From: Candidatus Heimdallarchaeota archaeon
Lineage (GTDB): Archaea; Asgardarchaeota; Heimdallarchaeia; Heimdallarchaeales; Heimdallarchaeaceae
Assembly: GCA_019057375.1 (NCBI GenBank)
Contig: DXJF01000137.1
Span: 1-45,623, forward strand
DNA: 45,623 nucleotides
Direction: 5' to 3'
Position numbers and translations under genes: made by a program. Of this stretch, positions 1-8,635 are shown piece after piece. The notes below the pieces were generated by a model that had not been told where the DNA came from, did not search any database, and saw only the letters and a list, made by a program, of their open reading frames with translations. The first letter of the stretch is position 1; each line of letters starts with the position of its first letter.

Positions 1-450
1 GGAATTGCTACTATTCTCTTGAAAGAAGCTGATGACAACGACCTTTATTCTTGTTTCTATGATTCCTTTAGTGAAAGCGGAGATAGGAATTTTCTTTCAG
101 AAACAGACGAAGAAAGAAAAGAATATTTCAAAGAACATTTTGATAAGGAAGACGAAATGATAGATGAAGCTTCAATAGTGCTTGTTGAAGGAACCAAATT
201 CATAGGTTTTACTCTCGTTAAACCTACCCATGGTGAAGATAATGGTCACTTGTGGATTATGGGTGTTATTCCCGAATATAGAGAACGCAAGCTTGGATCT
301 AAACTACTAAACCACGCAATTGTTACAGTCATGAAACAGGGATACAAAACTATGAGTCTTGTAGTAGATAGCGCTAACGAAGCTGCTCTAAAGCTATATG
401 AAAAATACAATTTTGTCAAAGGGTGGAGACGTATAACTCATGCTTGGAAA
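1..450 (+). repeat. Dispersed duplication, copy 1 (matches 18141..18590)
   Basis: Colinear DNA match at a constant offset of 18140, e.g. gaatatttcaaagaacattttgataaggaagacgaaatgatagatga is identical in both. Differences are mostly third-position. Confidence 0.95.
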
Positions 451-480
451 AAGAAAAAAATTGAAGGTGATGTGATTTGA
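1..480 (+). CDS. GNAT-family N-acetyltransferase, C-terminal domain (5' end outside window)
   Basis: Frame is open from base 1 (GIATILLKEA...). GNAT motifs HLWIMGVIPEYRERKLGSKLL and NEAALKLYEKYNF. Close paralog of 17622..18611. Confidence 0.9.
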   Translation, partial: GIATILLKEADDNDLYSCFYDSFSESGDRNFLSETDEERKEYFKEHFDKEDEMIDEASIVLVEGTKFIGFTLVKPTHGEDNGHLWIMGVIPEYRERKLGSKLLNHAIVTVMKQGYKTMSLVVDSANEAALKLYEKYNFVKGWRRITHAWKKKKIEGDVI

Positions 481-508
481 TGTTCTTTTGTTCTTCATTT
501 TTTCTTAA

Positions 509-2599
509 CTACTTTTTAGTAGTGAAGTAATAAGCTGCAATATACTCTATTCCAATGAATATTGGATGATTCAAACCCATCTCTTGTGTTTCTGCTAGAC
601 CAGTTTGAGGAACTAGTAAAGCTATAATACTTAAACACAATAATCCTCCTACCGATAAATATGCAGCTACATCTGCTGGAAAATAACTTAAGAAGTTTCT
701 ATTGATAAACCTGTTATATCTATCTAAAACATCTTGCTGGAATTTTCTCATTTCTATTTCTGCTCTTTTAAACGGATTGTTTTCTATTATCTTGTCAATT
801 ACAGTATTTGCTTTTTGGAAGATATTTTCAATAGTCTTAGTTTCGAGTATTTCTAAGCTAGTGTCAACTTCTGCTAAAATATTTGAAACTGGTTGAAAAA
901 TCGATTCTACTGCACTTTCTGATTCAGTGGTCAGGAACTCAATCCATCTCCTTATATCTTCAGCAAAGCTATTAGTCTCTGCTTTAAACATGTTGATTTC
1001 TCTGAAAGACTTGTTAAAAGTATTCTTTGATTTCTTCTGAAGAGTATTGAAAACTAGTTCTTGAACAGTAACTCCTGTTGCGACTACTATTGCAGAAAAC
1101 GACAATGTAATAGCTATACTGATTCCAGTAAGAGGATCATCTATCTCGGAGATATATAACAGATTCAATATTCCTATTGAGAGGAGAAGTACTAACAAAG
1201 CGGAAAGCTCTACTGGATGCTTAGGCTTAGTTCTAAACTTTGTTGACAAGAATGATATTGTATTTGTGTTATTATTTACTCCTTTCTCTAAAACTACAAG
1301 TTTGTTTGAAAATTCTCTAAGTGTTCCATTGATGTCTTTTTGTTCTTGACTTGTATAAGAATTGACTACATTCCTTGCGGTTAACGATATGTTTTTGATT
1401 ACTTTATCTATCGCAGATTTCACTAGTTCAGTTTTATCTTTAGAACTCAACACTACTTTTTGAGCCTCATTTATTGCTGCTTGAAGATTCTTTTTCACAT
1501 CAGCAAGAATAGTCGAAATTTTCTTAAAGAGATCTTCATATTTTTCATCCATTTCTTCAATAATTTTACTAATACTATCCATTATATCTGAAAATTTGTC
1601 TTCGACAAGTGTTACAGATTTTTTCAGAGCTGGCAGATTGTCAATTAATTTTTTTGTTGTTCCTACTACAGCTTTATCATCAATTGAGCTCTCTTTTGTA
1701 TCTTCTTCAGGAAGAACTGCATCTATAACTAGCTGTTGTGGAAGTATTGCGCTTGGTTTGAAACCATAATATACCAAGACTAGATTTAGAACTACAATCA
1801 AATGAATTGGAACTTCTAATCCGTTGTAGCTCTTTGCAACAAAAAATCCAACAAGAACAATTAGGATTATTATAATACATCCTCTGACTAATCCTTCCCA
1901 GAGACCTATTGAACTGAAACCATTTTTTATCTTATTTTCGCGTATTTCTTCTGCAGCAAAAACTTCAGAGAAATATTTTCCTTTTAAAGCATTGATTTCA
2001 ATTTGTTTCTTTTTCTTCCGTATAGAAGATACACTATATGAAAAAACACATAAAATTAGAGCTGAAAGACATAAAGCTATACTCAATCCTATTCCGGACC
2101 ATATATCCCAAATCAAACCCTGACGAAGGAAGTATGATGCTATAAAACCTCCTCCAATTGATATTAATAAGAAAAAAACAAACAAAGGAATGTTTCCCCT
2201 TTTAGATACAATTCTAGGACGAATTGTCTTTTCTAGAAAATTACTCATATCCTGATGTTGAGAAATTTTCCTAGTTATTTCTCTTTGTGTTTTAATTTTC
2301 TTCTTAGTATCAAATTTATCCAAGCTTTTTGTTAGTAATTTCTGGTATGATTGATATTTTTTGACTAGTAATTTTCCCTCTCTTTTTTCTTCGTTGAAAC
2401 TTAGATGTCCAAAAGATTCCTTTTTTTCCATTTCTATGTTATCTTCATCAAGTTTTGATGCTATCGCATCATATTTGTTCTGAATTTCTTTTTTAACTGC
2501 GTTTAAGATTTTATCAGTTCTGTTTCTGTTCTTTTTTCTTGAATCCCTTAAACTGATCTTGAATTTCTTCTTTGGTTGCTGCAAAATCAATATTTTCAC
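509..2599 (-). CDS. Hypothetical membrane protein with about 8 TM segments in 4 pairs separated by long helical/coiled-coil regions
   Basis: 696-aa ORF. Hydrophobic pairs near aa 137-190, 235-282, 463-515 and 642-692 alternate with K/E-rich heptad-like stretches. No family recognised. Confidence 0.8.
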   Translation of the reverse strand: MKILILQQPKKKFKISLRDSRKKNRNRTDKILNAVKKEIQNKYDAIASKLDEDNIEMEKKESFGHLSFNEEKREGKLLVKKYQSYQKLLTKSLDKFDTKKKIKTQREITRKISQHQDMSNFLEKTIRPRIVSKRGNIPLFVFFLLISIGGGFIASYFLRQGLIWDIWSGIGLSIALCLSALILCVFSYSVSSIRKKKKQIEINALKGKYFSEVFAAEEIRENKIKNGFSSIGLWEGLVRGCIIIILIVLVGFFVAKSYNGLEVPIHLIVVLNLVLVYYGFKPSAILPQQLVIDAVLPEEDTKESSIDDKAVVGTTKKLIDNLPALKKSVTLVEDKFSDIMDSISKIIEEMDEKYEDLFKKISTILADVKKNLQAAINEAQKVVLSSKDKTELVKSAIDKVIKNISLTARNVVNSYTSQEQKDINGTLREFSNKLVVLEKGVNNNTNTISFLSTKFRTKPKHPVELSALLVLLLSIGILNLLYISEIDDPLTGISIAITLSFSAIVVATGVTVQELVFNTLQKKSKNTFNKSFREINMFKAETNSFAEDIRRWIEFLTTESESAVESIFQPVSNILAEVDTSLEILETKTIENIFQKANTVIDKIIENNPFKRAEIEMRKFQQDVLDRYNRFINRNFLSYFPADVAAYLSVGGLLCLSIIALLVPQTGLAETQEMGLNHPIFIGIEYIAAYYFTTKK

Positions 2600-2671
2600 C
2601 TACTACTATTATTCAATCATAAGTATGAATAAAACTCAACTCCTTCTCAAACTCTAACTTTGAGATTCAGA

Positions 2672-2687
2672 ATATTTAAATGTTTAG
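2672..2687 (-). promoter_or_regulatory. Archaeal BRE+TATA promoter for 509..2599
   Basis: Minus strand reads ctaaacaTTTAAATAt. The identical 16-mer occurs at 8433..8448 upstream of another minus-strand gene. Confidence 0.55.
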
Positions 2688-2865
2688 TGAATCAATGAGC
2701 TATTTCGTGATTTTAATAATTCAAATTATGGACTTACAAAGAACTTTCTGATTTTTAAGTTGTTTTTAGAATGAATAATCATTCAGAATTGAAAAAAAAA
2801 TTAATTACAGGTAATTTGGTTAATAGATACTATTCTTCCAATTTCTTTATAAATATTATTTTGAA

Positions 2866-3537
2866 TTGATCATTGTGATAAGAAGTAAAATAGCAATTAG
2901 TACTAAAAAATATTATTCTTGTGAGATTACAAAGAAAATTCCTGTTAAAATATCCATTCTAGCAATCAATGGTCCAGAAGGACTTGGTTTTATTGAAGCA
3001 TTAGACAATAAAAAAGAGACTCTTGAAGAATATGTAAAACAGATGAAACGATCTGATCAGATTATTGATATTAGCATCACTCACAAAACACCTTCAATGT
3101 ATTGGAATAAAGTAAAACACAAGTTAGATTATCCATCTATTCATGATTCCATCCTTGAAAGTGGAAGTATGACAATTTTACCTATAACAATTGAAAATGG
3201 AATTCAATATCACAATATCCTCTCTCCTAGCTCAGATAGTTTTAGAAATCTATTAGCAAAATTAAAAGAGAGATTTACTGATATAGACATTCGAGCATTG
3301 TCTTCTAAACCTACTGAAACATTACAGGATTTCTTAACAGATAAACAATTTGAAGCCATTATGCTTGCTCATAGAAAAGGATATTATGAAATTCCTAGGA
3401 AATGTACTCTTTTAGAAATTGGAAAAGAATTAGGTATTAAAAGAGTCGCTTGTCAAGAGAGAATACGTAGAGCTGAGTTAAGAATAATAGATTTTTATGT
3501 AAAAACTAATTTATTTAGTAGTTATGGATTTTATTAA
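2866..3537 (+). CDS. HTH_10 (bacterio-opsin activator-like) transcriptional regulator
   Basis: C-terminal LTDKQFEAIMLAHRKGYYEIPRKCTLLEIGKELGI...ERIRRAE matches the archaeal HTH_10 signature. Confidence 0.85.
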   Translation: MIIVIRSKIAISTKKYYSCEITKKIPVKISILAINGPEGLGFIEALDNKKETLEEYVKQMKRSDQIIDISITHKTPSMYWNKVKHKLDYPSIHDSILESGSMTILPITIENGIQYHNILSPSSDSFRNLLAKLKERFTDIDIRALSSKPTETLQDFLTDKQFEAIMLAHRKGYYEIPRKCTLLEIGKELGIKRVACQERIRRAELRIIDFYVKTNLFSSYGFY

Positions 3538-3554
3538 GATTAGTTAAGAGAGTT

Positions 3555-3737
3555 TTAGTAATAACCATAGAACATTGCATTATATAGTGCGTTCTTTTGA
3601 ATCTTTCTGTATTTCTTATTTTTCTTCAGATTATTTTTTCCTGTTGTTCTTTTTTCTTCTCTCTTAGATTCAGATTTCTGTAACAAGAAACTAGAAATCC
3701 ATTCTATATTTGAACTATATTTTTGAATATTCTTCAT
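3555..3737 (-). CDS. Possible small basic protein or gene remnant (60 aa)
   Basis: ATG is preceded by GGTGAG. K/R-rich, no family recognised. Confidence 0.25.
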   Translation of the reverse strand: MKNIQKYSSNIEWISSFLLQKSESKREEKRTTGKNNLKKNKKYRKIQKNALYNAMFYGYY

Positions 3738-3751
3738 TTTCTCACCAACTA

Positions 3752-3842
3752 AATAATCTCACAAAAGCGTATTAATTTTCGCACGTCTTAAGACGCGTTC
3801 TCTTTAATAATAAGTAATTTGTCCTGATACTTTCCTTCTAAT
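3752..3842. repeat. 91-bp dispersed intergenic repeat with hairpin, copy A
   Basis: First 38 nt (aataatctcacaaaagcgtattaattttcgcacgtctt) are identical to 20187..20224 and the rest is similar. Hairpin at 3782..3797. Confidence 0.9.
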
Positions 3843-3916
3843 AGGAATTTTCTTTAAAAACTGTGAATTGTTGGTTCATAGAAAGATTTAACTCTCAGCT
3901 CAGAGCAATTTCATTC

Positions 3917-4453
3917 ATGGCTGTTTTTATTACACTGCTTCGTGGAATTAATGTAAGTGGTCAAAGAAAGATTAAAATGGAGGACTTAAGAAAACTCTAT
4001 GAATCTTTGAATTTTGAACAAGTACAAACATACATTCAAAGCGGAAATGTAATTTTCAAAGCATTTGCAATAGATTCTAATGAAATAGTTTACAAGATTA
4101 AGGATAAAATCAATCAAAAATTTGGATATGAAGTTACTGTGGTAATAAGGACTCGAGATGAAATAGAGAAAATAGTAAAAAATAATCCCTATTCAGATAA
4201 AGATTTGAGCAAAGTGCATGTCACATTTCTAATAAACGCTCACAATGATTATTCAATTGAAGAACTGCTTAAAGTGAAAGTAGAACAAGAAGAATTCCAA
4301 ATTATGGGAAATGAAATCTATCTCTTCTTACCTCATGGTTCAGGTAGAACCAAATTAACCAATAATTTTTTTGAAAAGAAACTTGGAGTCAAAGCAACTA
4401 CTAGAAATTGGAACACTACCACAAAGATACTTAACATCTCCAATTCAATGTAG
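3917..4453 (+). CDS. DUF1697-family protein
   Basis: LLRGINVSGQRKIKM, VQTYIQSGNVIF and ATTRNWNT are family motifs. ATG at 3917 is preferred over the track start at 3863. Confidence 0.85.
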   Translation: MAVFITLLRGINVSGQRKIKMEDLRKLYESLNFEQVQTYIQSGNVIFKAFAIDSNEIVYKIKDKINQKFGYEVTVVIRTRDEIEKIVKNNPYSDKDLSKVHVTFLINAHNDYSIEELLKVKVEQEEFQIMGNEIYLFLPHGSGRTKLTNNFFEKKLGVKATTRNWNTTTKILNISNSM

Positions 4454-4525
4454 AATTTAATCAGATTCAATTTTCTGCTAATATATTTATACTATTCCTG
4501 TTTTCACCAACAATTTAACATTACA

Positions 4526-5116
4526 TCAAATTATTTCGAATAATTCTATTTGTTTTGTTATTAGATGTAATCTTTCTTTTCTCAATGATTTTCGGAAATT
4601 TTCTACTTCTTCCTTGACTTTTTTCAGATTTTTGCTGGATTTTGCTGCTTCACTTGCTTTTGAGGAAAGTTCGGATAGAATTGTTTGTATAGTAAAAGCA
4701 AGCTCTCCCTCAGTTGCTAAAACATTGTCGATGAAATTTATTAGTTGGTTCCAATCATTAACCATATGCCTATCAATAGATTGACCAAGTTTGTTAACTT
4801 CTGATCTTAATTCTCTTAAATTTGAGCACATTCTCAAATCTCTCTCTATTTGCTGCCATTCATTCCAGTTATCTAATCTGTATAATTCATCAATAAACAA
4901 CTGGTCATTATCTCTAGCATCTCCTACTAATAAATCTCCTAATCTGAAAATAATCATGTTTAACGTAGATTCAAACATTAAGAATGTTTCATCTAATGCT
5001 TCACGATATCTTTTTCTAGTCCTCTTAGGCATATTTGCTAATCTTGTTATTGTTTTTCCTACCTTCTCCAATAATTCTATTGCATCTCTAATTATTTCTA
5101 TACCCATTTTTTTCAC
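4526..5116 (-). CDS. Hypothetical all-helical protein, coupled to the upstream EEP gene
   Basis: 196 aa, amphipathic/coiled-coil composition. GTG start overlaps the TGA of 5113..6156 (GTGA) with AAGGAG upstream. Confidence 0.75.
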   Translation of the reverse strand: MKKMGIEIIRDAIELLEKVGKTITRLANMPKRTRKRYREALDETFLMFESTLNMIIFRLGDLLVGDARDNDQLFIDELYRLDNWNEWQQIERDLRMCSNLRELRSEVNKLGQSIDRHMVNDWNQLINFIDNVLATEGELAFTIQTILSELSSKASEAAKSSKNLKKVKEEVENFRKSLRKERLHLITKQIELFEII

Positions 5117-6156
5117 TCCTTTGATTTTAATGATTTTAAGTAATCCTCAGTAAAATCTATTTCTAACTCAATCCACATTGGTAAATGGTCAGACATTTGC
5201 CATGTTCTCCATCCTTTTGAATAATTCCTTCTTTTAGCATCAATTGTTTGAATTCTCTCGAAATCTTTCGGATATTTATTAATGTAAATATCTGCTTCAT
5301 CAACACGAAAAACTGAGTCATAATAGTTGATTACTCCTCCTTTTCCAGTGAATTTTAGTTTTCCTTCCTTTTCTCCGAATGCTATCTGATCATAGTGTTT
5401 AGCTGTGAAAGGAGTACTTGGGATACCCCATAGTTCTTTTGGAATGAAAAACCCATTAGACTTTAAGGCATCCATAGTTTTGCCTTTAGCCTTAGGTATA
5501 TTGAAATCTCCTAGAACTATGTAGCAAATTTTATCTCTTCTAGATTTATCTGCTAGGAAACCTGTTATCGCTTTAATTTCTTTCACTCTCTCATCTATCC
5601 CTATAGCTGTATCATCTGCAAAATAGATGTGAACTGTACACATATTGAATCTTAACCAGCCTGATTGAAATGATACGAGAAATGGTGTTCTTGCAAATTG
5701 ACGCTCTCTATCTATCAATTTAACGTCCTGTAAGACCATTTCACCTGCTATGTCCATGAATTGCACTTTGGATGTATCATAAATGAAGACCAGTCTCTCT
5801 TGATTTCCTTTTCTCCCTTCTGTTGTGTCAGTACTGATACATTTCCATTGATTTCCTAGGATATACAAAAGCTCCCTGAATTGTCTCATATTTCTATTTA
5901 CTTCTTGAATTGCTACTACATCGAAGTTCGAAATAATTTCAGCCATATAGAGGTATGATTCAGCTAATCTACTTCTTGGATTAAACCTTCTAGCACCAAA
6001 ATCTCTTATGTTCCATGTTGCAATTCGCAGTTTGTTAGTGGTTTTGCGATCAGGAATACAATCCTTAAGTTGTTTCCTTAATTTCAAAAGATTATCTATA
6101 ACACGGTCTCTCCACTCCTTTGGATCAATATCTTTTATTTCATAATACCTTGGCAA
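5113..6156 (-). CDS. Endonuclease/exonuclease/phosphatase (EEP, DNase I-like) protein
   Basis: Catalytic motifs ATWNIR, IQEV, GDFN, YDQI and SDHLP. No signal peptide. Confidence 0.92.
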   Translation of the reverse strand: MPRYYEIKDIDPKEWRDRVIDNLLKLRKQLKDCIPDRKTTNKLRIATWNIRDFGARRFNPRSRLAESYLYMAEIISNFDVVAIQEVNRNMRQFRELLYILGNQWKCISTDTTEGRKGNQERLVFIYDTSKVQFMDIAGEMVLQDVKLIDRERQFARTPFLVSFQSGWLRFNMCTVHIYFADDTAIGIDERVKEIKAITGFLADKSRRDKICYIVLGDFNIPKAKGKTMDALKSNGFFIPKELWGIPSTPFTAKHYDQIAFGEKEGKLKFTGKGGVINYYDSVFRVDEADIYINKYPKDFERIQTIDAKRRNYSKGWRTWQMSDHLPMWIELEIDFTEDYLKSLKSKE

Positions 6157-6272
6157 ACTAAATCTTCCACCCTTAGTATACTAGATTAATATGCAAGTGC
6201 GGATTATTAAATATTATGGGGGAACGTAACAAAATGTTTGTTTATTACATTTCTCTTGGAATTAAGAAAAGA

Positions 6273-6665
6273 TCACATTCTAGTTGTTGTCTCCTCAAAT
6301 GCCAATTCCTGGATTGACTGACTTAATATTTCATAATCAAATGGTTTCTGAACAAATTTTGATACTCCCATCTCCAATGCTGAATGCTGTAGATGAGTAA
6401 ATCCTGTAACAAGCAAAACCTTGGTGTTCTTAATATAATTTAATTTTTGTAAGTCGTGTAACACTTCTAAGCCATTCTTTCCTGGCATCGAATAATCTAG
6501 AATTATTAAATCTGGTGGATTCTCTTTATGGTTGAAATATAAATCAACTAAAGCCTCTATCCCATTAAATGATTGTCCTATTATTTCATGTCCCATTCTT
6601 GATACATACATTACATACAATTCTTGCACTAATCTGTCGTCCTCAATAATATATACTCTTACCAT
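6273..6665 (-). CDS. Stand-alone response regulator receiver domain (CheY-like)
   Basis: IIEDD acidic pocket, LIILDYSMPGKNG phospho-Asp, LVTG and QKP motifs. Confidence 0.93.
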   Translation of the reverse strand: MVRVYIIEDDRLVQELYVMYVSRMGHEIIGQSFNGIEALVDLYFNHKENPPDLIILDYSMPGKNGLEVLHDLQKLNYIKNTKVLLVTGFTHLQHSALEMGVSKFVQKPFDYEILSQSIQELAFEETTTRM

Positions 6666-6675
6666 TTCTTGTCCT

Positions 6676-7899
6676 CTACGTTTGTACTGTTCTGTATTCT
6701 CTTTTCGCTAGTTTTTCTTCAATGCTTTTAGTGACCCCTGTTACCATCCACTCCTCATCTTGCCTCCATTCTTTATTATTAATGTCGTAATTACCAACAT
6801 AAAATCTATATTTCAATGCATTATATTCAAAGCTATCCAACAAGAAAGCTGAAAATTTTTCATACCTCTCTTTCATTAAGTAAGCAAGTTTAGTTTGATA
6901 GTAAGGAGGTAGAGATAATGAAAGAAACAAATTCCTATCTAAATCTTCGACATATATGTTAAATGGTGGCCTTTCATTCTTTAATAAACTGAATAGTCTT
7001 GATTTTTCTTCTCTAGAGATGTTGCGTATAACGTATCCAAATCTGATAAACATCTCGAAATGTTTTCTATTTATTTCCAACCAATAGCTTTCTACATGCT
7101 TTTCTATAAGTGCATGATATCTTTTTTTGAAATCCATGTATATTGCATTTTCAGTTCTTTCTTCGTGAAAGAATTCTTCAAGATGTGGTCGAAATGTTTC
7201 AGGAAAGATGTAATCTTCCAATTCTCCTTTTTTTGATTTTAGGTATTTTCGATACTTTTTTATTAATTGGCTCATTGGTGTTCTAAAGTCAAGAGTAATG
7301 TCTCTTAGTATCAACAGTTCTATGGGATGCAACTCTAAAGAGGATAAAGAGGACTCCCTCCCTTCCTTACCGGTGTACAAAGGAGTGGTATTTTGTACTA
7401 GATAAGCTTCAAGATCGAATTCATCAAGATCAATAATATTGTTGTAAAAAGGTTGTGGATAAACTATTCTTTTTCCTTTAGATTTATAGGTATAATATTT
7501 GACACAATATTTCTTTGCTAGCAAATTTTCAAGAAAGATCTTTAAGTTATGGAACGATCCTTTAGGTATATCAAAAATTGCAAATAATCCATAATTAGAG
7601 CCATAGATTCTATTTCTTGAAGAAGTGTAAGGATGAACATCACACGCAAGCTCTAGAATTTTGATTCCTTCGATCGATTTTGTTAAGAATATTATAATGT
7701 GTCTTTCTAACAGTAAACTTTCAGGATTGAGAGAGGAATGAACTTCCCAGATAACCTCTTGAGCTCTTAATTCCTCTACTCTTCTAATGAAAGTCTGGGG
7801 TGAAAGATTAATTTTCTGAGCTAGTTCGCTGTACGATTTCAATGGATAATTTTCTAATAAACGCAGTATTTCCATCAAATCTCGAGCGAATCCCTTCAT
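6676..7899 (-). CDS. Transcriptional regulator with two tandem Lrp/AsnC-like wHTH-effector units
   Basis: N-terminal LENYPLKSYSELAQKINLSPQTFIRRVEEL HTH. Second unit starts at LHPIELLILRDITLDFRTPMSQL. Confidence 0.7.
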   Translation of the reverse strand: MKGFARDLMEILRLLENYPLKSYSELAQKINLSPQTFIRRVEELRAQEVIWEVHSSLNPESLLLERHIIIFLTKSIEGIKILELACDVHPYTSSRNRIYGSNYGLFAIFDIPKGSFHNLKIFLENLLAKKYCVKYYTYKSKGKRIVYPQPFYNNIIDLDEFDLEAYLVQNTTPLYTGKEGRESSLSSLELHPIELLILRDITLDFRTPMSQLIKKYRKYLKSKKGELEDYIFPETFRPHLEEFFHEERTENAIYMDFKKRYHALIEKHVESYWLEINRKHFEMFIRFGYVIRNISREEKSRLFSLLKNERPPFNIYVEDLDRNLFLSLSLPPYYQTKLAYLMKERYEKFSAFLLDSFEYNALKYRFYVGNYDINNKEWRQDEEWMVTGVTKSIEEKLAKREYRTVQT

Positions 7900-7946
7900 T
7901 ACTAATCCCAGATAATTGGTTTTTCCTATCAGTGAGTTCTTTCAAG

Positions 7947-8405
7947 CTAAGGTCCTGGCATTACTCCTCCTCCTGGAGGATAATTTGGATCTCCTTCTGG
8001 TGGGTCGAATGGTTGAGCATCACTCACGTGTCTTATTTGATCATCGTTCTCAATATCGAACCAGACTTTGAAGATGTATATTCCGCTTTGAAAAGCTATA
8101 TTGATGAAGTAGAATTTGTACAACATTTCAGTTTCAGTTCTCACATGATTATCTCTATAAATTGTATAGAGTATTTCTCCATTGAATTTAACTGAAGCTT
8201 CAAACTCCAGGTAATTTACTCCTGGTAACATTGTAAGAAAAACTTCCGCATACACATCATCGGCTACACCATCGCCATCAAAATCACAATAGCTGACATA
8301 CTGTATGTCTACTTTAGGACCGAGAGCACTCACATTGAAATTTAGTGTAAAAAGTGCTAAAGTTACTATTACTAACAGAAATTTTAGTGTTTTGTTCAGA
8401 TTCAT
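7947..8405 (-). CDS. Secreted hypothetical protein with a DxDxDG loop and Pro/Gly-rich C-tail
   Basis: Signal peptide MNLNKTLKFLLVIVTLALFTLNFNVSA, then DFDGDGVADD. C-terminus PFDPPEGDPNYPPGGGVMPGP. Confidence 0.8.
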   Translation of the reverse strand: MNLNKTLKFLLVIVTLALFTLNFNVSALGPKVDIQYVSYCDFDGDGVADDVYAEVFLTMLPGVNYLEFEASVKFNGEILYTIYRDNHVRTETEMLYKFYFINIAFQSGIYIFKVWFDIENDDQIRHVSDAQPFDPPEGDPNYPPGGGVMPGP

Positions 8406-8432
8406 TTATATCTGAACTATAATTTCCAAAGT

Positions 8433-8448
8433 ATATTTAAATGTTTAG
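8433..8448 (-). promoter_or_regulatory. BRE+TATA promoter for 7947..8405, likely a leaderless transcript
   Basis: ctaaacaTTTAAATAt on the minus strand. TATA ends about 29 nt before the ATG at 8405, with no RBS. Confidence 0.6.
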
Positions 8449-8635
8449 AATGTTTGGTCTGATTTGAATCTTCATTTGAAAAATGCTGAAGTGCAGAATT
8501 GTTGAGCTATAGCCTTTAGAAATAGATTCTTCTTTTTCTTATAGTGCCGCTGGTTAAAAGAAAGATTTAAAGAAAATTTTTATACTTAAAGAAGTAAAGT
8601 GAAGTTTGATACTATTTACGGAGGTGAATTTGTAT

